IMG/VR virus record: IMGVR_UViG_3300035670_000055
Span: 32,001 to 96,000 of that record
Direction: 5' to 3' (one strand)
Length of the DNA stretch: 64,000 nucleotides
Origin: a virus
The position numbers and the translations under genes were made by a program. This document shows, in pieces, positions 41,292 through 51,801 of this stretch (positions are counted from its first letter, which is position 1; every line of letters begins with the position of its first letter). The notes beneath the pieces are model-generated. The model was not told the origin of the DNA, searched no databases, and was given only the letters and a program-made list of their open reading frames with translations.

Positions 41292-42014
41292 TTAAAATGG
41301 CATATCGTCATGCAGCCATTCAATTGTTACATTGTGATTTTCTTGTAATATTTTATCAATCTTTCCAAACACACCTTCTGTTTCCCATTCTGTATGTGTA
41401 TAACTGGCAGAAGCTGGATGAGGTAATTCAAAAGACCAATTAAATATAGGTAGATATTTTTTTAGCTTTGCTGCTTCTTTTCCTAAAAATATAATAGGTA
41501 CTCTTTCTACATCAAATATATTTTCAAATATATATTTCATAAATGGCTCCCATATATCCAAATGAGAGCCTGCTTTATTTATTTCTGTAGTAAGAGCAGC
41601 GTTAAGCATCAAAACTCCCTGTTTTGCCAAGTATGATACATCTGGATCAAGAATATGATATAAATCTTTACTTTCATAAAGTTCTTTATCTATACCATTA
41701 TAAAATTGTTCTAATGTAGGTTGTAATTTACCTGTTTTAGAACAACCCATAAGTAATCCATCTGCTATACATTCTTTATTAAAAGAAGCTGTGTGGTAAG
41801 GACACATTCCAATTAACACTACTTTCAAATCTGATAATTTTGTTTCTTTAAAACATCTAAATACATCAGAAGAATTAGGTGCAATTTTCTTTCCCCTAGC
41901 AGATTCTTTTTTTAAAAATGCATATATTTTATCACATTCTTCACTTTCTATAAATGGTTTTATTATATTATGCCAACTTTCATCAAATTGATGAGAAAAT
42001 TTATTCCAATCCAT
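41292..42014 (-). CDS. ung: Uracil-DNA glycosylase family 1-like
   Basis: KVVLIGMCPYH (variant of GQDPYH); ADGL; LAKQGVLMLNAALT; SH..IW; HPA. Confidence 0.85.
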   Translation of the reverse strand: MDWNKFSHQFDESWHNIIKPFIESEECDKIYAFLKKESARGKKIAPNSSDVFRCFKETKLSDLKVVLIGMCPYHTASFNKECIADGLLMGCSKTGKLQPTLEQFYNGIDKELYESKDLYHILDPDVSYLAKQGVLMLNAALTTEINKAGSHLDIWEPFMKYIFENIFDVERVPIIFLGKEAAKLKKYLPIFNWSFELPHPASASYTHTEWETEGVFGKIDKILQENHNVTIEWLHDDMPF

Positions 42015-42782
42015 TTAATCTACAAATAATTCTAATTGTTTATATTTTGCTCCCACTTCAATTTGTTTAGAAGGAAGAATAATTCCTGCTTGTTCTGTAA
42101 AGAATTTATGAACATTCATATGGTTTTCCATCCATAGTCTAGGATGAATTTCTTTCATAGAAAATGTTGTAAATTGATATAGTTCCCAAAGACTTCCTTC
42201 TGCTCCATAATTATGAGTAGGCTTTTTAAGTTCTCTTTGAATAATATTTAATTGGGTACTTTGAATTAATTCTTCTTCCATGTATAATCTACCAATAAGC
42301 TCAGAAATAACTCTTTTATCTACTTCAATTTGTTTCATAGCCTCTCTTTCTACCTGGATTCTTTTAAAAGCTTCTTCTGCAGATTTAATATAATCTGTAA
42401 TTGCTTGTGGTGTAAAAGTTTGAATTTCTCCTACATGTTTCTTTTTAAAAGCTCCAAAATCTCCTGATACCATTCCGTTCTGGCAGATTATTATTTGAGT
42501 TCCCAATGCAAATTTTAATGTAAGTTGTTTATTATAACTGTTTTGCCAACCAATTTGCAGTTTCATTTCACTATCTGCTACATTACTAATTGTATATCTA
42601 CCATTAGCAATATTACCTTCTTGTGCTGAACTATATAATTCAGTTTCTAATTTAAAACCAGATTTTTCAATTCCTGCCAATGTTAAATCAATTAGTTGTT
42701 CGTGAGAAATTGGTTTATAACTTCTTGTTTCTTGTGGTAAAGGAGTTGATAATAACAATTCCTTTGTATAATTTGTGTTCAT
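42015..42782 (-). CDS. DUF932-like protein
   Basis: YKPISH; NSYN...G....IC.NGM; KH; SLWELY...T. Confidence 0.65.
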   Translation of the reverse strand: MNTNYTKELLLSTPLPQETRSYKPISHEQLIDLTLAGIEKSGFKLETELYSSAQEGNIANGRYTISNVADSEMKLQIGWQNSYNKQLTLKFALGTQIIICQNGMVSGDFGAFKKKHVGEIQTFTPQAITDYIKSAEEAFKRIQVEREAMKQIEVDKRVISELIGRLYMEEELIQSTQLNIIQRELKKPTHNYGAEGSLWELYQFTTFSMKEIHPRLWMENHMNVHKFFTEQAGIILPSKQIEVGAKYKQLELFVD

Positions 42783-42786
42783 ATTA

Positions 42787-43005
42787 TTAATTTATATTAT
42801 ACTTTTTACTAAAATAATTAACTACTTCTGGTATATATTTTTTATAATAAGGTTGATTGTCTATACACCATTCTTTTAATTGTTTTTTATTTTCAAATTT
42901 TTTTATGTACGAATTGTTTTCCATAATCATTTTAATAGATGGTTCTAGTTCATTTACAAAATCTTGAACTGTCCATCCTTCCCATACATGTCTGTCTAGA
43001 TTCAT
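42787..43005 (-). CDS. Hypothetical protein
   Basis: 72-aa ORF, WEGWTV...W...NQPYY.K.IPEVV.YF. Confidence 0.6.
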   Translation of the reverse strand: MNLDRHVWEGWTVQDFVNELEPSIKMIMENNSYIKKFENKKQLKEWCIDNQPYYKKYIPEVVNYFSKKYNIN

Positions 43006-43021
43006 AATAATTCTTTTTGTT

Positions 43022-43753
43022 TTAAATAATTTTATTTCCTTTATTAATATTTCCGATATACTCTACTCCATCAATAACAGTTGTTACAGCAAATAAAGGT
43101 TGTAAGTTAGTATAATGAAAACATATTTTCTGTTGTTCTTCGTTTGTTAAATCAAATGAAGAACATGGTAATATATGGTCTACATGCCATAACTTACCAT
43201 AATTTTCCCAGGTCATTGTTGGAAGAAATTTAGATTCTAAGTAAGCCTTTAGTTCTTTAAAGGAACATCCTAATAATTTTGTAGTTTTTGTTGATTTTTT
43301 ACTGTTAGAATTTTTAATTGCGTATATTATTCGATGTCTCATATTATATGCTAATCTAAAATTAATATCATTTTTTAACCTACTTTTAATATAATATTGA
43401 TTGTATTTAGGATTATTTTTTCTAAATTCTTTAGAAGCTTGCTTATGTTTTTCTGGATTTTTCCAGTAGTAATTTTTATTATATTCAGGATTATTCTTAT
43501 AAAAATTATCTCTGTATTGTTTATGATACTCTGGATTTTTATTAATCCACTTTTCTTTTATTTTTTTCCTCTTCTCTGGATTTTGTAAATTCCATTGTTT
43601 TATTCTTTCATATGTTTTTTCTTTATTTTTTTGAACATATTTTTTAGAAAGAAGCTTGTGACAAGATTTACAACAATAAATAGGATTCCCTTTTTTAAAA
43701 TAATACTCAGAAATAGGCTTTGATTCCTTACATACATTGCATAATTTTTCCAT
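43022..43753 (-). CDS. Free-standing HNH-type endonuclease
   Basis: N-terminal CxxC...CxxC; NPE/K repeats; LLGCS...MTWENYG..WHVDHI.P...HYTNLQPL...N..K. Own promoter TATATTTA (43770-43777) plus TTTG (43798-43801), 20-nt spacer. Confidence 0.8.
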   Translation of the reverse strand: MEKLCNVCKESKPISEYYFKKGNPIYCCKSCHKLLSKKYVQKNKEKTYERIKQWNLQNPEKRKKIKEKWINKNPEYHKQYRDNFYKNNPEYNKNYYWKNPEKHKQASKEFRKNNPKYNQYYIKSRLKNDINFRLAYNMRHRIIYAIKNSNSKKSTKTTKLLGCSFKELKAYLESKFLPTMTWENYGKLWHVDHILPCSSFDLTNEEQQKICFHYTNLQPLFAVTTVIDGVEYIGNINKGNKII

Positions 43754-43783
43754 ATACTTATATTTTATATAAATATATGTAAA

Positions 43784-44797
43784 TTATTTGAAACTACCAA
43801 ATAATCTTTTTTTTATGAAATGACTTTCCAATTCTCGTAAACCCTTTTCTTTACCCCAGTCAGCAAAATCTTTTATATCTGGAAGCAAATCATCAGGAGG
43901 ATTAATATGTCTAAATCCAAAAGATTGTGTTATATCAAAACTTGCTTTTTTTCCAGGTTCATCAGAATCGCCTCCATAAAATACTTCTTTAGAGTTGTTT
44001 CTAATAAATTCTACAGTTTCATCACTTAATGCAGCAGTACTTTCATTTTGAATATGGCATACATACGGATAAACTTTTTTACATACCATATAATCTTTTA
44101 AAGATTTACAAATTAATGTATTTTTATTTGGTCTTAAATTCTCTAAACCTTTAACTGTAGTTAATGGTACATTTGATAGCCACTTGCCTCTTTTATTTGT
44201 ACTGTAAGGACGATAAATTTTCCAATGTCCATCATATAAATAACCAAAAGTTAATTCATAAGGATTAGTATAAAATAATTGTTTATTTAAATACACTTTA
44301 TCTACAGAATAAACATTTTCTTTCCTGAGATCTTCTATATCTATGTGATAACTATTCCAATATTCTAATTCTTGTTTTGTAAATTTTTTAGTTTTTACTT
44401 GAATTAATGAATATCTTTTTATAGACTCTTCTGGTTGTTTATATTGCTTTACAATTTCTTTGTATTTATTCACATTTTCTTTAGAAGATATACCAAGACC
44501 AAAATCATTATCAATTTTAACTAACACATCATTCATTGTAGAAAGATTAAATAAACATTTAACAAAATAAAAACAATCCCCTCTTAAAGAAGTTTCTGCA
44601 AAATCAATAAATGATATTTCTCCATATTTATTTCCAATAACAAAAGAAGGGTGATTTTCATTTCTAAAAGGAGAATATGTAACTGTATTTAATCTCCAAT
44701 CTTTTTCTGGCATATAAAATTTAAAAATATCAAATGCTGAAATTTTAGATAATATAGTTTCTGGAGTGAGTGCTGTTTTTTTAGATCCTTTTATCAT
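43784..44797 (-). CDS. DNA primase (crAss-type, TOPRIM)
   Basis: SPFR.E.HPSF; DF....GD; KSLKD.M; NES; DSDEPG; KDFAD. Confidence 0.8.
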   Translation of the reverse strand: MIKGSKKTALTPETILSKISAFDIFKFYMPEKDWRLNTVTYSPFRNENHPSFVIGNKYGEISFIDFAETSLRGDCFYFVKCLFNLSTMNDVLVKIDNDFGLGISSKENVNKYKEIVKQYKQPEESIKRYSLIQVKTKKFTKQELEYWNSYHIDIEDLRKENVYSVDKVYLNKQLFYTNPYELTFGYLYDGHWKIYRPYSTNKRGKWLSNVPLTTVKGLENLRPNKNTLICKSLKDYMVCKKVYPYVCHIQNESTAALSDETVEFIRNNSKEVFYGGDSDEPGKKASFDITQSFGFRHINPPDDLLPDIKDFADWGKEKGLRELESHFIKKRLFGSFK

Positions 44798-44810
44798 ACT
44801 TATAATAATA

Positions 44811-44834
44811 AAAAATCCCTCATTCCTGAGGGAT
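44811..44834 (-). terminator. Intrinsic terminator
   Basis: atccctca-ttcc-tgagggat with a U-tract on the - strand. Confidence 0.7.
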
Positions 44835-44842
44835 ATTATTAA

Positions 44843-45712
44843 TTAATAATCATCACCATCACTTGATAATGGTTCATTTGAAGCAACAAGATTCATATCT
44901 GGATTATAATCTTGCAAATCTTTTAATAAGAAAAAGTCTTTACAACCATACTCTCCAGTGAGTTGTAAAACAAATTTTTCATGAGGTTTTAAATCTTTTG
45001 GTTTTTTAGCTTTTAGCTGTTCTAGCACTTCTTTATTATCATAATCTACTAGTCTAAAATTTTTAAGACTATATGCTGGTAAAAATGCTTTGTTATAAAT
45101 TCCTTGATATTCTTTAACTTCTCCATCTTTTTCTCTAGAAATAATTGTAGCAAGAGCAACAACATTTGTAGACCATTCTCCATTAATTTGTTCTGTTAAA
45201 TCTCTAAGATTACCTCTCATTAATTTTTTCCATTCTAATTGAAGAACAGTGTCTGCGTCTCTATAATCAAGATTACCTAACCACGTTCTTAAGAAATTAT
45301 AAAAATCTTCTTCTCCAACATAAGCCTCTCTATATTCTCTGGATTTAAACCAATCAGGAAGATTGTTTTCATCGTCTGCCCAAGAACAAACTCCTACATT
45401 ATTAATATATTGTTTTTTAGTTCCATCTTTATTTTCTCTAACTTTATCTTCTAGAAAAAATGTAGTTTTAAATCTATTTTCATCTTTTACATCTTCTAAC
45501 CAAATATCAACTCTCAAATAATCATTTCCATCATTATTTGTTCCTAAATATTCTGTAGCTTTACTATCTTCTTTTAATTCAATGTTTAATAAGTTTTTGT
45601 ATTGTTCTGCTGTTGGATTAATAGCAATCACCTTTGCTTCAAATAATCCTACTTTTTTTGAATAATCACTGTTTTCTGTGTTTTCACGTTTTTTACCTCC
45701 GATTGACGACAT
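44843..45712 (-). CDS. Putative single-stranded DNA-binding protein
   Basis: Between the AAA ATPase and the primase; beta-rich; acidic tail SSDGDDY. Confidence 0.5.
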   Translation of the reverse strand: MSSIGGKKRENTENSDYSKKVGLFEAKVIAINPTAEQYKNLLNIELKEDSKATEYLGTNNDGNDYLRVDIWLEDVKDENRFKTTFFLEDKVRENKDGTKKQYINNVGVCSWADDENNLPDWFKSREYREAYVGEEDFYNFLRTWLGNLDYRDADTVLQLEWKKLMRGNLRDLTEQINGEWSTNVVALATIISREKDGEVKEYQGIYNKAFLPAYSLKNFRLVDYDNKEVLEQLKAKKPKDLKPHEKFVLQLTGEYGCKDFFLLKDLQDYNPDMNLVASNEPLSSDGDDY

Positions 45713-45746
45713 AATAATTTTGGTTTTTAATTGTTAATTTTAATTT

Positions 45747-46049
45747 TTATTCTGTTAAAGTTACCCATTCATATGAAATTACTTCTTTTTTCTCTACTCT
45801 AATAAGTTCTGAAAATTCTTCTTCAAATCCATATTCACTATCCCACAAAACTTGATTTGTTTTCCATGTACCTAAATACTGCTCAAAGTCTTCTATATCA
45901 GGAAAATATTTTTTATGTTCTTCTTTGAATTCAATAATATCTTCTCTCCAGAAACCACTTCCTCTTCTGTGATCTTGTATACTATCTATTGCAAATTCAG
46001 TTATTTCATCAAATAGTAACGGTTCTTCTTTATAAGTTACTTTGTTCAT
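45747..46049 (-). CDS. Hypothetical acidic protein
   Basis: 100-aa ORF. Confidence 0.55.
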   Translation of the reverse strand: MNKVTYKEEPLLFDEITEFAIDSIQDHRRGSGFWREDIIEFKEEHKKYFPDIEDFEQYLGTWKTNQVLWDSEYGFEEEFSELIRVEKKEVISYEWVTLTE

Positions 46050-46082
46050 AATTTTAATTATAATATTCTTTAATTTTATTTA

Positions 46083-46907
46083 CTAATTGTATATTGATTC
46101 CCAATAAGTTTTTAATGTTTCATCTTTATTTGCTTTAGAAATAAGAATTCTTCCTTTTAATTTAGGACTTCTGCTTCCTGCAATAATACTATCATTTAAA
46201 ACATCGAAGTTTAAATATCTTTCATCTCCATCTGCTACAAGTTTACATAATGCAGTAACTTTTGATGCAAAAATAGTTTTTAATTTTCCAGTTAGTGATA
46301 TTTCACTTCCTACGACTTCCTCTTTTCCATTATCTTTAATATATTTATCAGCTACGTGAGCAGCATAAATTCTATAAGGACTAATTTGTCTAAAGAATTC
46401 TATTTGTTGTAAAAACCATTGTCTTGTATGCATATATCCTGCACCATCTGGAAGAGTTAACACAGATTTCCATAAAGGATCTGTAGGCAGATAAGGTTCT
46501 TTACTTGGATCTGAATTAGGTCTATTAAATTTTTTCCCTAATATACTTTTTTGATAAGCAATTGTTCCTCCAATTTCAGAAAGATCATCTAAATCAGAAA
46601 GTCCATCAATAATTAAATAATCATATTTCCCAGAATTTTCTAATAATAATTTTCTAATTTTTAAATAATTTTGATAACTTTCCCATCTTGTTGTATTTTG
46701 GAATTCATAAGTAGAAATTTTTCTTGCAGGAATATATTCATATCCTCCTTTTTCTAAATCTAAAATTAAAGCATTATATTTTTTAGTAAATTCTCCTAAT
46801 ATAGTACCTTTTCCAATTTTTGGTTGTCCAATAATTACTAAATCTCTAGGAGGAGCTTGTTTTTCTACCTGAACTATATCTTCAGGCAATTTAAATTCTT
46901 CTGTCAT
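46083..46907 (-). CDS. AAA_24/Sak4-like ATPase
   Basis: GQPKIGKG; LDLEKG; LIIDG; LPDGAGY; AH..DK. Confidence 0.78.
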   Translation of the reverse strand: MTEEFKLPEDIVQVEKQAPPRDLVIIGQPKIGKGTILGEFTKKYNALILDLEKGGYEYIPARKISTYEFQNTTRWESYQNYLKIRKLLLENSGKYDYLIIDGLSDLDDLSEIGGTIAYQKSILGKKFNRPNSDPSKEPYLPTDPLWKSVLTLPDGAGYMHTRQWFLQQIEFFRQISPYRIYAAHVADKYIKDNGKEEVVGSEISLTGKLKTIFASKVTALCKLVADGDERYLNFDVLNDSIIAGSRSPKLKGRILISKANKDETLKTYWESIYN

Positions 46908-46909
46908 GT

Positions 46910-47185
46910 TTATAAATATTCTTTTTTAAATTCTTTTAATGTTGTTATTTTTATTTCTTGTCCTTCGTTTAATGCTTCCCAGGCTTCTAATGACATTGTT
47001 AAATGTGCTACATGATTTTTTCCTATTCCTATGTTAATACTAATTGATTCTGTTCCATATACAATAGAATAGTTTTCTTTATTTACACTAACATAAGTTT
47101 TAGGACTAATTTTAATTTCTTTTCCTAATTTTTTAAATTTTAGAATTTCTTGAGAAATCACTTTTTTTGGAGATAAATTTTCCAT
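46910..47185 (-). CDS. Hypothetical protein
   Basis: 91-aa ORF just after a promoter. Confidence 0.55.
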   Translation of the reverse strand: MENLSPKKVISQEILKFKKLGKEIKISPKTYVSVNKENYSIVYGTESISINIGIGKNHVAHLTMSLEAWEALNEGQEIKITTLKEFKKEYL

Positions 47186-47213
47186 AAATTTTTACTTTTT
47201 ATAATTAATTCTC

Positions 47214-47245
47214 CAAATTTACAAAAATCTTTTCATTTTTACAAA
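47214..47245 (-). promoter_or_regulatory. Bacteroidota sigma-A consensus promoter
   Basis: On the - strand: TTTG (47245-47242), 20 nt, TAAATTTG (47221-47214). Confidence 0.8.
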
Positions 47246-47566
47246 TTAATTTTTATTATTATAAATTTCGTTTGCTTTTAATATCGCTGCTTCAGTAGCT
47301 TCTTTTCTATCAAAAAACACATCGTTATCCTTACAAACGTAATTCACTGTACTTTCTCTTTCTTGATAAATACTTGCATCAAAACCTCTATTGTAATTTC
47401 CCATAGTGTCAAATTCAACTGAAATCATAATATAAATTCCGACTGAATCAAACCACTCAATTATTTGAGCAATTTGACATACTTCGCTATAATTTCTTTT
47501 AAAATATATTTCGTGACATCCGCTAAATTCAAGGAAGTCATCTTTTGTTTTTTCTGTTAGTATCAT
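47246..47566 (-). CDS. Hypothetical protein
   Basis: EWFDSVGIYI...R.EA..AAI.KANEIYN pattern. Confidence 0.6.
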   Translation of the reverse strand: MILTEKTKDDFLEFSGCHEIYFKRNYSEVCQIAQIIEWFDSVGIYIMISVEFDTMGNYNRGFDASIYQERESTVNYVCKDNDVFFDRKEATEAAILKANEIYNNKN

Positions 47567-48654
47567 GTGTATTTAATTTTATTTTTAGGTATTAATTCTA
47601 ATGATTTATTGAGCCATTTGTTTTGAAAATCTTCTGTAGAAACAAATATATGTATATGTGAATGATCTGTGTCGTCAAGTAATGAACGTCCTATCATTTG
47701 CTCAAGATTTTCTCCATTACTATTAATTGCTGTAATAAGAATATTTTGTAAATTAGGAAATGTTACGCCAGCAGAGGCTTTTTTCAATAAACATAATTGA
47801 TTTATCTTACCAGATTGAAAATCTTTTAATACAGAATCATCTTTACTTTTACTATTAAACATTGGTAGATTATATTTAAGTCCTGTTTTTTCATCAGAAG
47901 AAAATAAAATAAATCTTTCATTTTTATTTTGAGAAATCCATTTATTAACTTTTTCTATTAATGAATTACAAGAGTTAATAAATCTCATTCTTTCCAGAGA
48001 AGCAAACATTTTCTGTTGTCCTAAGAGCTTTAATATTCTGTTTCCTAATCTATTACATTCTTTCTTTTCTGTAGAATTCCATTTTTTTACTTTTCCAAAT
48101 TGTATTATTTTAGAATTATCTAAATTATATCTATGAACATAAACAGTAAAATCACTAACTATACCATCTTTAATAGCTTCAGAAGTTGGATAATTTACAA
48201 TTAAATTTAATTTTGTATAAAATTTTATATCTGATAAAGTATCTTTATTATATGTTCCAGATGCAAATATGATATGTTTTGTATCTTGTGCTAGTTTCCC
48301 TGCTAAGGGTAGTTGATTTTCTTCTCCCAATAAATGAGCTTCATCTACAATTATATAACCCCATTCATTTTTTTCATCTGGAAAATAATTTAAAATCTTT
48401 ACCATTGATGCAAATGTACAATATGTAATATTAGGATGATAATCTATTATGTCACATTCTTTTTCCCAGGATGATTTAATATCTATATTTGGATAAAGAA
48501 CTAACACTTTAGGATTTTTATTTTTAAAATATCTCTCAATTGTTTTTAATAATATTCTTGTCTTTCCACTTCTAACACTAGATAATACAATTCCTCTACA
48601 ATTATTTTCTATAATTGTATTAATTATTTTTTCTTGTATTTCTGTTTTTGTCAT
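47563..48654 (-). CDS. SF2 (DEAH) helicase
   Basis: VRSGKT; IIVDEAH; SGT; GVTFPNL; EQMIGR. Confidence 0.85.
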   Translation of the reverse strand: MTKTEIQEKIINTIIENNCRGIVLSSVRSGKTRILLKTIERYFKNKNPKVLVLYPNIDIKSSWEKECDIIDYHPNITYCTFASMVKILNYFPDEKNEWGYIIVDEAHLLGEENQLPLAGKLAQDTKHIIFASGTYNKDTLSDIKFYTKLNLIVNYPTSEAIKDGIVSDFTVYVHRYNLDNSKIIQFGKVKKWNSTEKKECNRLGNRILKLLGQQKMFASLERMRFINSCNSLIEKVNKWISQNKNERFILFSSDEKTGLKYNLPMFNSKSKDDSVLKDFQSGKINQLCLLKKASAGVTFPNLQNILITAINSNGENLEQMIGRSLLDDTDHSHIHIFVSTEDFQNKWLNKSLELIPKNKIKYT

Positions 48655-49434
48655 ATTATATTTTCTAAAGGATAGGCATTTAAAATAGACTCCATGTCTA
48701 CTTGAGGGTTAATATCTGAGCTAAATTTAGGTTTGTTATAGGCTTGAGCTTTTTCACTAGCTTGTTTTAAAGCTTCTTGTACATGTATTTTTGCAAATTC
48801 TATCATCATTTCAAATATTTCTGGAGATTCTTCAATTTCCATATAATATTCTTCATTATTTTTTAAAAATTCTTCTGCTGTTATCATAATAAATGTATAT
48901 ATTTTTTAATAAAATTAGAATAAGCTATTTTAAATGTACATTCTGGAAGAATGAAAATTGCTCCCATTAATAATATTGTCGCTATATATTTTCTAAATTC
49001 TTTTATCATAATTATAAAATTTTAAATTGATGATCTAATAGTTTAATTTCTTCTTCAATTTCTTTAATTCTTTTAGATTTTATAAATTCTATTTCATCTA
49101 TTGATAAAGTAATAGAAGTTAACCAAGCATTCTCTGTTCCTGCTTTAAAGGAGTCAAATTTGGAAGAATCTTTTAATAAATTAAGTTTTTGCTTAAGAAT
49201 ATTAATTTTATCCCTTAAAATTATACCTTTTTCTAATTTTATTAAATCCATATTTATAAAAAATTATAAATTATTAAATAATCCAGCTTTATAAAGTAAA
49301 AGCAATTCTACTATAGCAGAAAATAAAGAAATAAAAAAATTATAATTTTCTGTTCTTTTTTGTCCATGTCTTGCTAAAACAATACCTAATGAAAGTATTG
49401 TTAATCCTAGGTAAATTAATATGTAAGTATTCAT
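48651..49434 (-). CDS. Small hypothetical genes (48651-48887, 49012-49251, and a 56-aa membrane ORF 49264-49434 absent from the track)
   Basis: Packed ORFs; 49264-49434 reads MNTYILIYLGLTILSLGIVLARHGQKR...LLYKAGLFNNL. Confidence 0.55.
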
Positions 49435-49435
49435 T

Positions 49436-49798
49436 TTATTTTTGTTTTTCGTAATTTTTGTATATTTTATAAACTTGTTCTATAATCCAGGTAAGTAGAT
49501 AATTTTGAGGTTCGTCATTATCTGCATCTGGATATGCTCCTATTCTTTTAAATAACATATTAGTTACATGAAATGATTCATGACTAATTGTACCAATTAA
49601 ATCAATATCATCTTTTAAATATTTTCTATTTAAAATTATCAAATATTCATTTCCTAATCTAGAAGTATTTCCACGAAAATCTTCTCTCTCTGGTCTCCAA
49701 TCATAATCATATTTTTCTTTATCTTTTGAATAATCTTCTGTAATAGATACATATAAAGTTTGTTCATAAATTGGAATTTTAATTTTCTTTATTATCAT
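49436..49798 (-). CDS. Small zincin-like metalloprotein
   Basis: TISHESFH (HExxH) plus downstream DEPQNYL. Confidence 0.6.
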   Translation of the reverse strand: MIIKKIKIPIYEQTLYVSITEDYSKDKEKYDYDWRPEREDFRGNTSRLGNEYLIILNRKYLKDDIDLIGTISHESFHVTNMLFKRIGAYPDADNDEPQNYLLTWIIEQVYKIYKNYEKQK

Positions 49799-49809
49799 GT
49801 TTTTACTTT

Positions 49810-50871
49810 TTATTTATTTAAAAAGAATGTTTTATTTACAACAGATTGATAATCTGAATCTGTAATATCTTTTCTTTTAGGAAGCTCTTTAAACATTCCG
49901 ACTTGCCCTAAGAAACCTAATCCAATTCTAATATCATCTTCACCGTAAGAATTTTTAATTAATCTTACACTTCTAAAATACTTTGCACCAAATTCATCTT
50001 TTAATTTATTAAGATCATAACCTGATGGATCTGCTACTTTATATCTCATAGGATCAAATAAAGCAAGAATTACGTCTGCATCATCTTGTGTCTGAGAACT
50101 TTCTTTAAAGTCCTCTAATTGAGGTTCTACATCACCATTTTTAATTCTTATAGGATTAGATATATCTCTATTAAATTGACTTACAACAACAGGTGAATAC
50201 CCAAAAAAATCTCTAGCATATCTAAGTTCATCAGACATTTTATCAATCACTTGTTTTTTAGTAGATAAATCTTTCGTGGTTTTTAATAAACCGATATGGT
50301 CTATTATAACTAATGTAATTACATTTTCATCATTTGGAATATATATCTTATTATGTGTATCAAGTTGTTCTATTCTACCGTTTTGTAAAGCATATTCTTT
50401 TAACTCTTTTGCAATACCTACAGGATTTTCAGGTCCGTCAATGATTGTAATAACTTCTTCCATTTTTTCCATATAATCTTTATATGTTAAAAATATATCG
50501 TGTTCATCTTTAGTCATTTTATCTGTCCAACCTAACATTTTGCCTACAGGAATAATTATTCCATAATCATAAAATATTTTTCTAGAAATCCATTTAGCAA
50601 ATTTATACGTTCTGCTTCTTTCCATAGAACGATATATTATTTTTAGTTTTACTTTTGGATTGTCTTGAGAAATAAACCAATCAAATGGATTAAGAACATA
50701 AGCATCATCTACAAAAGAAGTTTTTCCTGAACCTGTTAAACCGCCTACAAGCGTATATATTCTTTTTCTAATTCCAATATATCTATTTAATCTATTAAAT
50801 CCCATAGGAATACCAGCATTTCTACCATCTAATCCTGCTTGTATTTCTTCTTTTAGTAATTCAAAATTCAT
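49810..50871 (-). CDS. dnaB: Replicative DnaB-like helicase
   Basis: GGLTGSGKTS; SME; VIIDHIGL; VSQFNR; DFKES...DAD; IKN.YG. Confidence 0.88.
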   Translation of the reverse strand: MNFELLKEEIQAGLDGRNAGIPMGFNRLNRYIGIRKRIYTLVGGLTGSGKTSFVDDAYVLNPFDWFISQDNPKVKLKIIYRSMERSRTYKFAKWISRKIFYDYGIIIPVGKMLGWTDKMTKDEHDIFLTYKDYMEKMEEVITIIDGPENPVGIAKELKEYALQNGRIEQLDTHNKIYIPNDENVITLVIIDHIGLLKTTKDLSTKKQVIDKMSDELRYARDFFGYSPVVVSQFNRDISNPIRIKNGDVEPQLEDFKESSQTQDDADVILALFDPMRYKVADPSGYDLNKLKDEFGAKYFRSVRLIKNSYGEDDIRIGLGFLGQVGMFKELPKRKDITDSDYQSVVNKTFFLNK

Positions 50872-51206
50872 AATTTTTCATTTAATATATTAAATAATTG
50901 CTTGAATATTTTTTTAGAAGAATAAAATTTATTTAAAGAAATTCCACAAGATAATTTAAAATATTTTACATCATATTCTTTTTTAAATCTTTTTCTTCTA
51001 TAATTTATTATATGTCCAGGTATAAAAAGTTGATATGTTACTTCTCCTGTTCCATTACAATTTTCACATTCTTTATATGTGTAACATCCTCCACAACATT
51101 CAGAAACAGGCTTTGTACAGATTAATTTTTCTATTTTACCTGTTCCCAAACATTCTAAACATTGTTCAACTTTATCATATGTCTGTGCTACCTGCATAAT
51201 AATCAT
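50868..51206 (-). CDS. Protein with DnaJ-like CxxCxGxG zinc finger
   Basis: CLECLGTG...CCGGC...CENCNGTG. Confidence 0.6.
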   Translation of the reverse strand: MIIMQVAQTYDKVEQCLECLGTGKIEKLICTKPVSECCGGCYTYKECENCNGTGEVTYQLFIPGHIINYRRKRFKKEYDVKYFKLSCGISLNKFYSSKKIFKQLFNILNEKL

Positions 51207-51801
51207 TATTTTTTATTTCTTTTCCTTCTTTTATAATTTCTATAAAAGGTTCAAAAGTTTTTTTGTTTAAATATGTTAATGAATTTTGCATAAAAGTTAA
51301 GTTATTAGTTCCTGTGGATATAGAATTGTTCTTTTTGGATTGTACATCATATTTCAATGCTTCTACTAGTTGTTCTGATGTATAAACTCCTTCTAATAAT
51401 ATTTTATTAAATTTTGTTCTACATTCATCTTTATTAACACTCAATGCTCTTGTAGCAGGAAAAGATTTTCCTTTATACTCAAATTTATCTGTACCTGGAT
51501 AAGCTTCCCACCAAGAATCAAAACCATCATTACCAAATTTCTTTTTTTTAAATTTAATAGATGATTTTGATTCTATAAATTCTAATAATTCAGTTCCTAA
51601 TATTGTAAGTTTATCTTCTGTCTCTGTAATCAATCCTTTTCTAATTAATGTATTATATAAAACATTAATTTTTACATTTTCTTTACATAATTCAGAAATA
51701 TCATAATTCTGTTCAATTAATTTTAATAAATAAATAATATCTAAAGAATAAGATTTTTTAATAATCTCTAGAAATTTCTCTGGATGTATTGTTAGTTTCA
51801 T
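51175..51801 (-). CDS. Putative replication-associated protein (wHTH N-terminus)
   Basis: L.RKGLI...LT..G; FD.WWEAYP; FMQNS.TYLN; next to the helicase. Confidence 0.5.
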   Translation of the reverse strand: MKLTIHPEKFLEIIKKSYSLDIIYLLKLIEQNYDISELCKENVKINVLYNTLIRKGLITETEDKLTILGTELLEFIESKSSIKFKKKKFGNDGFDSWWEAYPGTDKFEYKGKSFPATRALSVNKDECRTKFNKILLEGVYTSEQLVEALKYDVQSKKNNSISTGTNNLTFMQNSLTYLNKKTFEPFIEIIKEGKEIKNNDYYAGSTDI

